Part shown: positions 24,088 to 34,789 of the stretch, one piece after another | Layout of the letters: every line of letters starts with the position of its first letter | Position numbering within the stretch: position 1 is the first letter of the stretch | Source of the DNA: Chiloscyllium plagiosum | Taxonomy: Eukaryota | DNA: 38,244 bases | Direction: 5' to 3' | Assembly (NCBI RefSeq): GCF_004010195.1 | Contig: NC_057718.1 | Coordinates: 90,467,079 to 90,505,322, forward strand | Position numbers and translations under genes: made by a program | Notes under the pieces: generated by a model | The model's database searches: none | Told to the model about the DNA's origin: nothing | What the model saw: only the letters and a program-made list of their open reading frames with translations

Positions 24088-24212
24088 AATAGAATCCCTC
24101 CAGTCCACACTGTCTCTCCGAAGAGTAACCCCCCCCCCAGACCCATTCCCCTACTACTCTACATTTACCCCTGACTAATGCACCTAACCTACACATCCCT
24201 GAATACTACAGG
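24088..24212 (-). mobile_element. HE1 SINE 3' part
   Basis: cccattcccctactactctacatttacccctgactaatgcacctaacc. Confidence 0.75.
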
Positions 24213-24704
24213 CCATGTACTAAGAGATGAGAACTTGCTAAAGGGATTGGGCCAGGGGATGAGGGGGTAATTGAAGGAAGATTCATGGGATGCAGACAAA
24301 GAGGGAACAAAGAGATTGATCTTGTTGGACACTTCATATTGAAAATGGAAGGCCATCAAGAGTGACAGAAGAGGAAAGTGACAGAGCACAAGCTGTGGAG
24401 AAATGGATAGAGGACTTGCCTTAGGCAGATCACCACAACATATCTGTAGGTTAAACATTAGACTCAAATCAAAGTGGTGTGAGAACACCTCCTTGTAGTG
24501 GTGTTCCCCACCTTGTCCACATGTCATTCACGTGAGTTCCCATCTGAGATACACTCCTTGGTATGGGTCAATGCAAAGCTGGATCCAAAACATATTGAAA
24601 CAAATTGCCCAGCATGACTGGTATATTCTGAAGAAAATGTGTTACTGTAGGGAAGTACTGAGAACATTGTGCAATGATATAGTCTCAACTTTTGAATTTC
24701 CTTA

Positions 24705-24893
24705 TATAGAGTCATAGAGATGTACAGCATGAAAACAGACCATTCAGTCTAACTCGTCCATGCCAACCAGATATCCTCATCTCATCTAGGCGCATATCCC
24801 TCTAAACCCTTCCTATTCATATACCCATCCAGATGCCTTTTAAATATTGTAACTATAGCAGCCTCCATCACATCCTCTGGCAGCTCATTCCAT
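24705..24893 (-). mobile_element. HER1 LINE 3' tail
   Basis: Matches 740-940. Confidence 0.8.
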
Positions 24894-24929
24894 ATGGCAA
24901 TAGATTTGAATTTGGATCGAGATTGTCTG

Positions 24930-25805
24930 TTACATCCATTCCTGGCTGGTCACCTACATTCTACAGTTTGTAAATTTGACCTTGTACAAAGCTCGATGCT
25001 ATATCTTAACTTGTACTAAGTCCTATTCCTCTCTCATCCCTGTGCTGGTTGTCCTACATTGGTTTCCTCGTGGCTTTAAAATTCTCATCCTGTTCTCAAA
25101 GCCCTACTGGCCTTGCCCTTCCCTATGTCTGTAATCACCTCTGGTCCCACAACCCTCAGGGATGAGCGTTTTTCTTTAATTCTCGCCTCTCCAGCATTCC
25201 CGATGGTAATCATTCCACCTTTGGCTGCACCTTCGGCTACGTGGATTATGGAATTCCTTTATTTCTTGCCTTGCTTTCTATCTACCGTCCTTGCTTTCCG
25301 TTCTGTAAGGACATTAGGACACTAAAGCAGCCCTGTGATGATGTCAAGGAGCTGCCCATCACTGAGTATAAATACTGTAGTCTGGGCGGAGTTAAAACGC
25401 CACAGGGAACAGTTTGCAACTCTGCATCAGAGCAAACTACAACATCAGTAGAATCATACAAGATAGATTAGTCCTTACTGAATGTTAGCATTTATATTCA
25501 CCATGTAAGGCAGTATTTAGTGTTAATATATAAAAGACAAACTTATGAGGAAGTCTGAGTCTGATGATAATCCTTGACTTTGCCTTCTCATTCACCAGCC
25601 TGTAAATATTCCAAAGTTCATAAAGTGGCATCAAACAACACAATAAAAGACCTTCCACCTTGAAAGCACTTCTTAAAACATGCCTCTTTAGCCAAGCTTT
25701 TAATCATCTGATCCAGTACTTCCTTATATGACTTGGTGTTTCAGAATGGTCCTTGTGACATTTCATTGTGTTAAAGCTGCCATATAAATGTGAATTGTTA
25801 TTGAA
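24930..25805 (+). mobile_element. L2-type LINE 3' relic in two pieces (about 24930-25260 and 25650-25805)
   Basis: IPVLVVLHWFP..FKILIL resembles the L2 ITPVL..LHWLP..FKIL motif; cttaaaacatgcctcttt. Confidence 0.6.
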
Positions 25806-26485
25806 CTACAAAATACAATAGGAGCGATCTGTTTTTGCAGAACTCAAATTGCAAACTGAATTGAGCCAGAGGTGGCTTTCAAGGGACTCAAAAGTGATAA
25901 AAACATGTGAAGGAACTAATGTTATAGTACCTGCTGGCAAACCCAAACATTGTTAAATATAACTTACGATTCTATCACTGTTTATTATCCCCACAATCTG
26001 TATTTGCAAACACTCAATGCCGATCATTTGCAATGAACCTCTTTGCATTTTCCAAACCTCGTTTCCAATAATCAACATAGTTTAACACAATGTGATCAAC
26101 TCAACATCGAATCATCCCTGATCCCAGTGCAGATCATTTTGAAACCATCCAATAAGTCAATCCCTTTGAATGCTAATGTAGCAGGACCTGCATTGCGGAA
26201 AACGAATTATATGAGACTGTACGAGATCTGGAAGAGGATTTGCAGAAACAGTGGGAAGTTCGTAAAAGCTTATTAAGCAGCCACTTGTTCAGACTTCCTG
26301 TCACATTAATGTTTCCTGACAAGTCAAAGTCGTTTGTAAGGAAGTGTGAAAAAAGTAGTGGTGACAGAGACTGGGAATACTGCCCTGATAGTGTATGGGA
26401 ACCAAGATGATGTCGAGGTCGGATCAAATTATTTCCTTCTACTTCTATAATTCGACATCCCACTGAGTAGGGCATCATCAGCAGA

Positions 26486-26589
26486 GGTCAAGATTAGGGT
26501 GGTGCTGGAAAAGCACAGCAGCTCAAGCAGCATCTGAGGAGTAGGAAAATCAACATTTCGGGCAAAAGCCCTTCATCAAGAATCAGGAC
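26486..26589 (-). mobile_element. ~100 bp Penelope-like/HHR unit with 11 bp TSD
   Basis: tcatcagcaga at 26475-26485 and 26590-26600. Confidence 0.75.
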
Positions 26590-26605
26590 TCATCAGCAGA
26601 AGACA

Positions 26606-26965
26606 GGGGAGGTGCTGGCCTAGTGGCATTATTGCTAGACTGTTACTCCAGACACCCAGGTAAGGTTCTGGGGACCTGGGTTTGAATCCTGCCCTGGCAA
26701 ATAGTGGAATTTAAATTCAATAAAAATCTGGAGTTAAGAATCTAATGATGACCATGAATCCATTGCTTTTTGTCGAAAAAGAAACCATCTGGCTCACTAA
26801 TGCCCTTTAGGGAAGGAAACTGCCAACCTTACCCAGTCTGGCCTACATGTGACTCCAGACCCACAGTAATGTGGTTGACTTTTAACTGCCCTCTGGGCAG
26901 TTAGGAATGGGCAATAAATTCTGCATATCCAATGATGCCCTCATCCCATGAGTGAATAGAGGAAA
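26606..26965 (+). mobile_element. tRNA-derived SINE (second family) with CR1-like 3' tail
   Basis: A box tggcctagtgg, B box gggtttgaatcc; tail ttaggaatgggcaataaat is shared with the 20995 LINE end. Confidence 0.75.
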
Positions 26966-27394
26966 ACATGTAAAACCTACCTACAAGAATTTGTGTCCAT
27001 TAGCATTCATTTCTGCATAGGCTTCAAGAGCCATTAATGTTCCAAATGGGTTCTGTGGCACACACACACAATGCTGGGGCAATTTATGCCAGTCGCTGTA
27101 TTGGTGAGGGCATGGCTGTTGGAACTATGCGGGGCAGGGCAGATCCTGATGTGACTCACTGTCCAACTCAATTGGCTTTCATGCTGCAGCTACTGCCCTT
27201 GTATTGCTGACCATATGTTCAGCAGCAGGAGGTTCACCAACTCTCCACCAGTAGCACTACTTAAAGAGATTATCAGGTTGCCTGCAGGTTTGTTGTTGGT
27301 CGTTGGATTTTTGAAACTGTTGTTACAAATCTCGAACATTTCTGCAGTGGTTCCAAATCGCCAAAGGACTTTCTCCTTCATATACCACAAAGGG

Positions 27395-27760
27395 TTCTGA
27401 GATGGGGCTTGATGGGGTAAATGCTGGGAGGATGTTTTCTCTTGTGGGGTAATCCAGAGCTAAGGGACGTGCTTTAGAAATGAGGGATCTCCCACCAAAG
27501 AATGAGGTAAGGAAAAATTCTTCTTTCGCAGGTCATTGGTATTTGGAATTCACTCCTCCAGTGAGCAGTAGGTCATTGATTACATTGAAGATTGAGTTGG
27601 ACAGATATTTGATCTACAGTGGAATTGAGAGTTGTGGGGTGAGGAGGGGGTGGGTCCAGTCAGGCAAGTGGAGTTTACAGCTACAATTAAATCTGCCACG
27701 ATTCTTTTGAATGACAGACCACACCTGAGAGACAGAATGGTTTCTCTTGCTATTACTTCA
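27395..27760 (+). mobile_element. Old CR1 3' end
   Basis: NEVRKNSS; LKIELDRYL. Confidence 0.6.
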
Positions 27761-27829
27761 CTACAGCCTTCTGCACAAACAAGTCACTCCCAGACATGGG
27801 TGCACTCATAAGCAGACCCCATTGGATAC

Positions 27830-28380
27830 AACATAAGTTTGCCTGGAGTACGATGTGCAGTTTTGGTCTCCTTACTTGAGAAAAGAGGTCCTGGCACTGG
27901 AGGGGGTGCAGAGGAGGTTCACAAAGTTGATGCTGGAGTCGAGAGGGTTGGTTTCTGGGGAAAGATTGAGTAGACAGGGGCTATACTCATTGGAATTTAG
28001 AAGGATGGGTGGGGGGGGACGAGGGATCTTATAGAAACATACAAAATTTTGAAGGAAATAGATAAAATACAAGCAGGGATGTTGTTTCCCCTGGTGGGTG
28101 AAACCAGAACGAGGGGGCATTGCCACAAAATAAGGGGGGAACAGATTTAGGACTGAGTTGACGAGGAACTTCTTCACCCAGAGGGTTGTGAAGCCATTGA
28201 GGCTACCTTGTTGAATATTTTTAAGGCAAAGAGAGATAGATTTTTGAACAGTAAAGAAATTAAAGGTCATGGTGAGCGAGCTGGTAAGTGCAGCTGAGTC
28301 CACAAAAAAGGTCAGCCATGATCTTATTGAATAGCAGAGCAGACTCGATGGGCCCAATGGCCTACTCCTGCTCCTAACTG
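27830..28380 (+). mobile_element. CR1 LINE 3' end
   Basis: LEYDVQFWSPYLRK..LALEGVQRRFTKL; RNFFTQRVV. Confidence 0.8.
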
Positions 28381-29784
28381 GGAAAGTTAGCAGAGGCCAC
28401 ACAGAAGAGGATGAGCTGGCAGAAGACGGAGGAGGAGAGTGAGAGAAGGAGGAGACCATAACAAGTAGGTACTGATCCTTTTGAATTCCCAGGGAGGAAC
28501 GCGATGTAAACGCCCAAAAGGAAATTATCCCTAATTTTGGCTACCTGCCGCAGTTACAGCAATGCACATGGGTTCCACCAAGGCTGGTGATGCAGCTATT
28601 GGCAACATCTTGCAGTTTTCCATCATCCCTGATGTAAAGGGGTCACTGAAGCTCTTTATTCGAAGAGAGCTGACTACATTCTATTCTTTCTTTTCAGTAA
28701 ACAGGGGGCGGGGACACCATGAGGTTTTGCTAGGATTATAGTCAGTCCTGACCCACAGAACAGCATTGATTGCATCTATACTACTTGGGCAGGCTCTGAA
28801 TGTCAACCCTCCCTTAATGAAAAGGGAATTCACTCCCTGACTTCCAGCTGATGAATGGCCATATCTCGGGAGTAATGCCCAGTATTTGAACAGGAATTGT
28901 TATGTGCTCATTCTGCGACTGTCCACTCTGCATTTATGCTGCCACAGCAAAGTGGAAGGTGGCTACTGGGAGGTCTATGTATCACATGGCTCTTCAGTAA
29001 CTGAAGAAGCAATAGCAGGAGGAGGAGAACGAGGAAGTGGAGGGGGGCAGGGAAGGGGGAATGAGATGAGGCCACCTTGATAATTCCATGCCTGTGTCTG
29101 TGACAAGCTCATTCAAGTGCAACACCATTAATCATCATTCCCCATTCACCAGCTGACCTGTTCCTTTTTGTCCCAGACTATCACCGATGGTCAGATTACA
29201 AATGGAAAACAAATTTTGCAAACCAAATTTATAAATAGAATCAAAGATGCGCGCTCATATAAAGTTAACCTTTCACCATGTGCCATCCCTTTGAGCTGAC
29301 TCTCTGTGGGTCTTTGCCTAGCCCAGTTGTTGCTGCTGAGTTTCAGTGTAAGGGAACTGCAGGTGGCCTTGCTGGATGACCATGAGGAACCCTGAACCTA
29401 GAAAGTCCAGCTGTGTACTGTGCCACTGTCGGGAGGTGGGAGTGGTCTCAGTCCGGACTGGCAGACTGACTGGTAACAGTGAGGGCACTACCCCACTGAC
29501 AGGGTTGGGAGGATGAACGTTGTCTTCATGAGAGAGGGTAGCAGGTTCATATCTCATGGAGCAAATGCATTGCCTTAGGGTGGTGCCACAGTAATGCTGG
29601 TGATCTGCTGGAACATTGATTACTGGTGAAATATTGAAATAATAGGTACGAGGGCAGGTTGATGGGAGGTGAGTGATGCATGTGTAGTGAATTGAGCAGT
29701 GGGTGAGGACTCTCAGGCAGTTGGAAGGATATACCTTTGAGGATACATTCACTTACCTTCACCCCTTAGATAAGATTATTGAAC

Positions 29785-30085
29785 TTAGATTAGATTACTT
29801 ACAGTGTGGAAACAGGTCCTTCGGCCCAACAATCCACACCGACCCGCCAAAGCGTGACCCATTCCCCTATGTTTACCCCTTCACCTAACATCACAGGCAA
29901 TTTATCACAGCCAATCCACCTGACCTGTACATCTTTGGACTGTGGGAGGAAACCGGAGCACCCGGAGGAAACCCACGCAGATACGGGGAGAATGTGCAAA
30001 CTCCACACAGAGAGTCGCCTGAGGCAGGAATTGAACCCGGGTCTCTGGCGCTGTGAAGCAGCAGTGCTAACCACTGTGCCACCAT
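29785..30085 (-). mobile_element. HE1-type V-SINE
   Basis: Consensus match on the minus strand. Confidence 0.9.
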
Positions 30086-30204
30086 GCAGTATCCCTTCTA
30101 GATCCTCACGGATGGACTCCTGATATTTTGGCTATCGAGCTTGTCCCTTGTGTTGTATCTGCTGCTCCTCTGCCAAGGCTCCTATTGCTCAGACTCTTTC
30201 CTTG

Positions 30205-30635
30205 GAAGTCATAGAGTCATAGAGCACGGAAACAGACCCTATGCCGACCAGGTTTCCCAAACTAATCTCGTCCCATTTGCCTGCATTTGGCCCATGACCC
30301 TCTAAACCCTTCCTAGTCATGTACTTGTCCAAAAGTCTTTTCAATGTTGTAACTGTATCTGCATTGACCACTTCCTTTGGCAGTTTATTCCATATACACA
30401 CCGGCCTCTATGTGAAAAAGTTGCCCTTTAGGTCCCTTTTAAATTTCACCCCTTCCACTTTAAAACAATGCCCTCTAGTTTTTAATCCTCCTACCTTGGG
30501 AAAGACCTTTGCTATTCACCTTATCTATACTGCTCCTTGTAAACCTTTCCCAATTTAACTATATCCTTCCTTTAGCAGGGTAACCAGAACTGTATACAGT
30601 GCTCCAAACGTGGCCTCACCAATGTCCTATACAAC
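30205..30635 (-). mobile_element. HER1 LINE 3' fragments
   Basis: WNKLPKEVVNADTVTTLKRLLDKYM. Confidence 0.8.
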
Positions 30636-30856
30636 CCAATGAAGAATGGGAAAATAGAATATGAATGCAAACAGGTGAGTAACATAATGTCAGACTGTAA
30701 AAGCTTCTGAAAGTAGGTGAAAGGGGGAAGATTAACTCAGAGAAATGTGGGCTGATTATAAGCGGGGACAGGAAAATGTATAATTCCGAACAGAAATTAA
30801 ACTGTTACTTTGAGACTGTCTTCATCACAGAAGAAGATACTCTACTAGAAATACTG

Positions 30857-30942
30857 GATTAGTGGTGCTGGAAGAGCACAGCAGTTCAGGCAGCATCCAA
30901 GGATTTTTGAAATCGACGTTTCGGGCAAAAGCCCTTCATCAC
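30857..30942 (-). mobile_element. 86 bp Penelope-like/HHR unit with 10 bp TSD
   Basis: agaaatactg at 30847-30856 and 30943-30952; the empty site is preserved in the other arm of the palindrome. Confidence 0.85.
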
Positions 30943-31138
30943 AGAAATACTGAACAACCAAATGGCATGAGGATCTGAGGAACCAAAAATAAGCCTGTAT
31001 TAGTAAGTCTTAGATTTAGAGGTCTTAACTGAAAAGTTACCAAAAGAGAAAATGTTGGAAAATCTCAGCAGGTCTGACAGCATCTGTAAGGAGAGAAAAG
31101 AGCTGACGTTTCGAGTCTAACTAACCCTTTGTCAGACT

Positions 31139-31177
31139 AGTTTTGACAAAGGGTCAGTTAGACTCGAAATGTCAGCT
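31139..31177 (+). ncRNA. Minimal hammerhead motif, U3/A8 core variant
   Basis: agtt TTGACAA A GGGTC agtta GACTC GAAA tg TC agct. Confidence 0.55.
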
Positions 31178-33114
31178 CTTTTCTCTCCTTACAGATGCTG
31201 CCAGACCTGCTGAGATTTTCCAACATTTTCTCTTTTTGTAACTTTTCAATTAAGACCTCTAAATCTAAGACTTACTAATACAGGCTTATTTTTGGTTCCT
31301 CAGATCCTCATGCCATTTGGTTGTTCAGTATTTCTAGTAGAGTATCTTCTTCTGTGATGAAGACAGTCTCAACGTAACAGTTTAATTTCTGTTCGGAATT
31401 ATACATTTCCCTGTCCCTGCTTAGAAGTCAGTAATAGAGGAAATGTTAGAATTCATTAAAAAGGATGAGATCACTGAATATTTAGCAAAGAATTGTAAAA
31501 CTGGGGAGAGTCAGCATATACTTGTGGGAGGGAAATAATGTTTGACAAATATGTTGGAGTTTTTGAGGATATTACTTGTAGTATTACTAAAGGATAACCA
31601 ATGGATGCAGTCAATATGTATTTTCAGAAGACTTTTGCTAAGGTCCCACACAGATAGTGAGTGAATACAATTAGAGAGCAGAAGATTGTGGGGGAATATA
31701 TGAGAATAGATTGAGATTTGGTTAACAGACAGACAGTAAGCAGAGATTAAGGATAAACATTCTCACTCTCAGGATGGCAGGTTTTTATGACTGAGATACC
31801 ATAAGGATCAGTGCTAAGTCCACCATTGATCTCAATCTATATCAATAGGAGCATAGGCCATTCAGCCCCTTGAGCCAATTCGGCCATTCAATGAGATCAT
31901 AGCTGATACATGACTTAGCTCCTTTTACCTGCCTTGGGCCCATATCCCTTAACACCTTTGCTTAATAACAACCCTACTTGCCTCAGATTTAAAACTCACA
32001 ACTGATCTCAATGACCTGGATAGGTGGATGAATTGTAACATTCCCAAATTTGCCGATGACACCAAACTGGATGGGAAAGTAAATTGTGAGAAGCCTTCTA
32101 GGGGACTTGGGCAGCCGAAGTGAATGGGCTAAAATAAGGCAGATGGAATATAATCTCAATAAGTGTGAAGTTATTCACTTTGGTCAAGAAAATAATCAGA
32201 AAATGATAATATTTCTTAAGTGGTGAGAGGTTGGGAAACATTGATAGCCAAAGGGAACTGGATGTTCTTGTTTATGAATCACTAAAAATTGGCAATTGGG
32301 AAGGCAAAATATTATGTTGATTATCATCGCAAAGCAATTTAATTACAGGAGTAAAGTTGATTTGTTGCAGCTGAATACAGCTTTGGTGAGACCTCACCTA
32401 GGATGTTGCATACAATTTTGATATTATCTAAGGAGGGATATACTTACTATAGAAGGAATGCAACAGAGGATTACCAGATTAATCCCTGGGATGGTGAAAT
32501 GTTTTTCTGATGCTAAATTGAGGTGACTGAGTCTGTATCCTTAGAGTTTCAAAGACTGAGGGTGACTTAATTGAAACTTACAAAGTATGTCAGGGTGGAT
32601 ATACTGACATATACTTCCCCTGCTAATGATGCTAAAACCAAGGGACAAAATCCCAGGGTACGAGAGTTAAAACTGAGATGGTGAGGAATTTGTTCTCCTC
32701 AGAGACAGGTGAATCTGTGGAATTCCCTACCCCTCATGGCTAAGGGAGATTAATCATTGAGCAGGTTCAAACAGAAATTGACAGTTTCTTGAGGACTGGT
32801 GATATCAAGGGAGATGGAAATAGTACAAGACAGCGACATTGACATTGGTGATCAGCCATGACCTGACTGAATGACAGAGAAGGTTTGATGGGCTGAATGG
32901 TATACTCCTGTTCCTAATCCCAAAGGACCCCCCTGGAAGTGTATAGCAACCAACATGGAGATTAATACTAGTCTGAATTCTGTCATGGTGACAATGGGAC
33001 AGATGGAAGGTTTGAAGACCAAGGCAGTTGCCTCACCTCTCTCCCAATGACTGACCTGAATCTAGACCTTCTCAGCTGGCAGGAGGGAATTAGAACAACA
33101 GCACAGAAAGAGCA

Positions 33115-34065
33115 TGCACAACATATGTTAATGACTTGGATGAGGGAACAGAAAGTAACATCTCAAAGTCTGCAGATGATACCAAGTTGGGTGAAGATGG
33201 TGAACCATGACGAGGATGCAGAGATCCTTCAGCATGATCTGGACAGGTTGGGCTGAGTGGGCAAATCAATGGCAGATGCAGTATCATTTGGATAAATATG
33301 AGGTTATTCACTTTGAAAGCAAAAACAGGAAAGCAGGAAACAGGAAAGCAAGAAACAGGAAAAACAGGATATTACCTGTACATTGGCAGAAGGGAGTGTG
33401 CAGTGGGACCTGGGTGTCCTTGTGCACCAGTCGCTGAAGGTAAGCAGGTGCAGCAGGTCTAAAGAAGGGAAGTGGTATTTTGGCCTTCGTTGAGTTTTGA
33501 GTACAGGAGCAGGGATGAGTTGTTGCAGTTATGCAGGACCTCGGTGAGACCACCCCGAATTGTGTGCAGTTTTGATCTCCTGTTCTGAGGAAGGATACTC
33601 TTGCTCTCGAGGGAGTGCAGTAAAGATTTACCAGGCTGATTCTGGGGATGGTGGGACTGACGTGTGAGGAGAGATTGACTGGGTGAGGATTGTTTCCACT
33701 GGAGTTCAGGTAAGTGAAAGGGCATCTCATAGAGACTTATAAAATTCTAACAGGACTAGACAGGGTAGATGCAGGGACGATATTCCCAGTGGGGTGTGTG
33801 TCCTAAACCAGAGGTCAAAGTCTGAGGATTAGGGGTAGACCATTAAGGATGGCGATGAGGAAACATTTCTTCACCCAAAGAGTGGTGAGCCTGTGGAATT
33901 CATTACCACAGGAAGGAGTTGATGTCAAAACATTGAATGTATTCAAGATGCGGCTAGATATAGCACTTGGGGCAAATCGGGTCAAAGGTTATGGAGAGAA
34001 AGCAGGATTAGGCAGAGCAGGGCCAAATGGCCAAATGGCATCCTCCTGCTCCTATCTTCTATGTT
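33115..34065 (+). mobile_element. CR1 LINE RT C-terminal half to 3' end
   Basis: ADDTKLG; WANQWQMQY..DKYEVIHF; RKHFFTQRVVSLWNSLP. Confidence 0.85.
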
Positions 34066-34184
34066 TCTTTCTCCTTCTCCAACAGCAGTGCACAAGGTGC
34101 ACAAAGTTTCTCCTGGAGAGAGAATGTATTGACTAAAACAATGTCTTTTTGCCTAGTCCCCACTCTTCCCCACAAGCAATATTC

Positions 34185-34310
34185 TAGGGGGTGCAGTGCT
34201 AATGTCACTGGATTGGTAATCCAGACATCCAGACTAATGCTCTGGGGGTTTGAGTTTGACTCCCATGAGAGCAAATGGTGAAATTTGAATTCAACAAACA
34301 GAAATCTGTC
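34185..34310 (+). mobile_element. 5' part of the second tRNA-derived SINE
   Basis: Matches 26620-26730. Confidence 0.6.
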
Positions 34311-34394
34311 ACTTAGGGTCTTGTGCTGCAGAAGTAATGTCCTTATCTTTGGAATAGAAGTTGGGGGTTAAAGACTCAGATGTGGCTTAAATGA

Positions 34395-34752
34395 AAAATA
34401 TATGATTCTGAGGGGAGTTGACTGGGTGGAAGGATGTTTCTTCTTGTGAAAGTGTTTAGAACCAGGGTCATAGTTTAAAAATAAAAGGACACCCATTTAA
34501 GACAGAGTTGAGGAAACCATTTTTTTTCTCTCAGAAGATTGAGTATCTTTGGAATTCCCTTCCTCAACAGGCAGTGGATGCAGAATCTTTAAATATTTTA
34601 AAGGTGGGATAGATAGATTTTTGATTACCGAGGGGATGAAAGATTGTTGGTGATATGTAGGGTTGAGGTTAAAATCAGATCAGCCATCAGCTTATTGAAC
34701 GGGGGAACAGACTCAAAGGACTGAATGGCTTATTGTTGTTCATTGTTCCTAA
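34395..34752 (+). mobile_element. CR1 3' end
   Basis: GHSLKIKGHPFKTELRK; LWNSLP. Confidence 0.75.
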
Positions 34753-34789
34753 GTTCCACCTGCCTCTGGAAATAGGGGCCTGTGGTACA

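Larger units (their letters stand above)
30752..31431. repeat. Large spacer-less inverted repeat centred at 31138/31139
   Basis: 31139-31431 is the near-exact reverse complement of 30752-31138 once the 96 bp insertion plus TSD is removed. Confidence 0.92.
30640..32915 (+). mobile_element. Old CR1 LINE ORF2 to 3' end, disrupted by a palindrome
   Basis: KIEYECK; ESQH...CLTNMLEF; QGSVL-like segment; KFADDTKL; LVRPHL; VNLWNSLP. Confidence 0.8.

Noticed and set aside
27872..28459. 195 aa minus-strand ORF
   Set aside because: It is the antisense frame of a CR1 3' end.
28600..29700. Possible ancient DeuSINE-like or conserved elements
   Set aside because: Only faint resemblance; cannot be supported without an alignment.
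33318..33368. aaacaggaaagc short tandem repeat
   Set aside because: Ordinary slippage inside a dead CR1.
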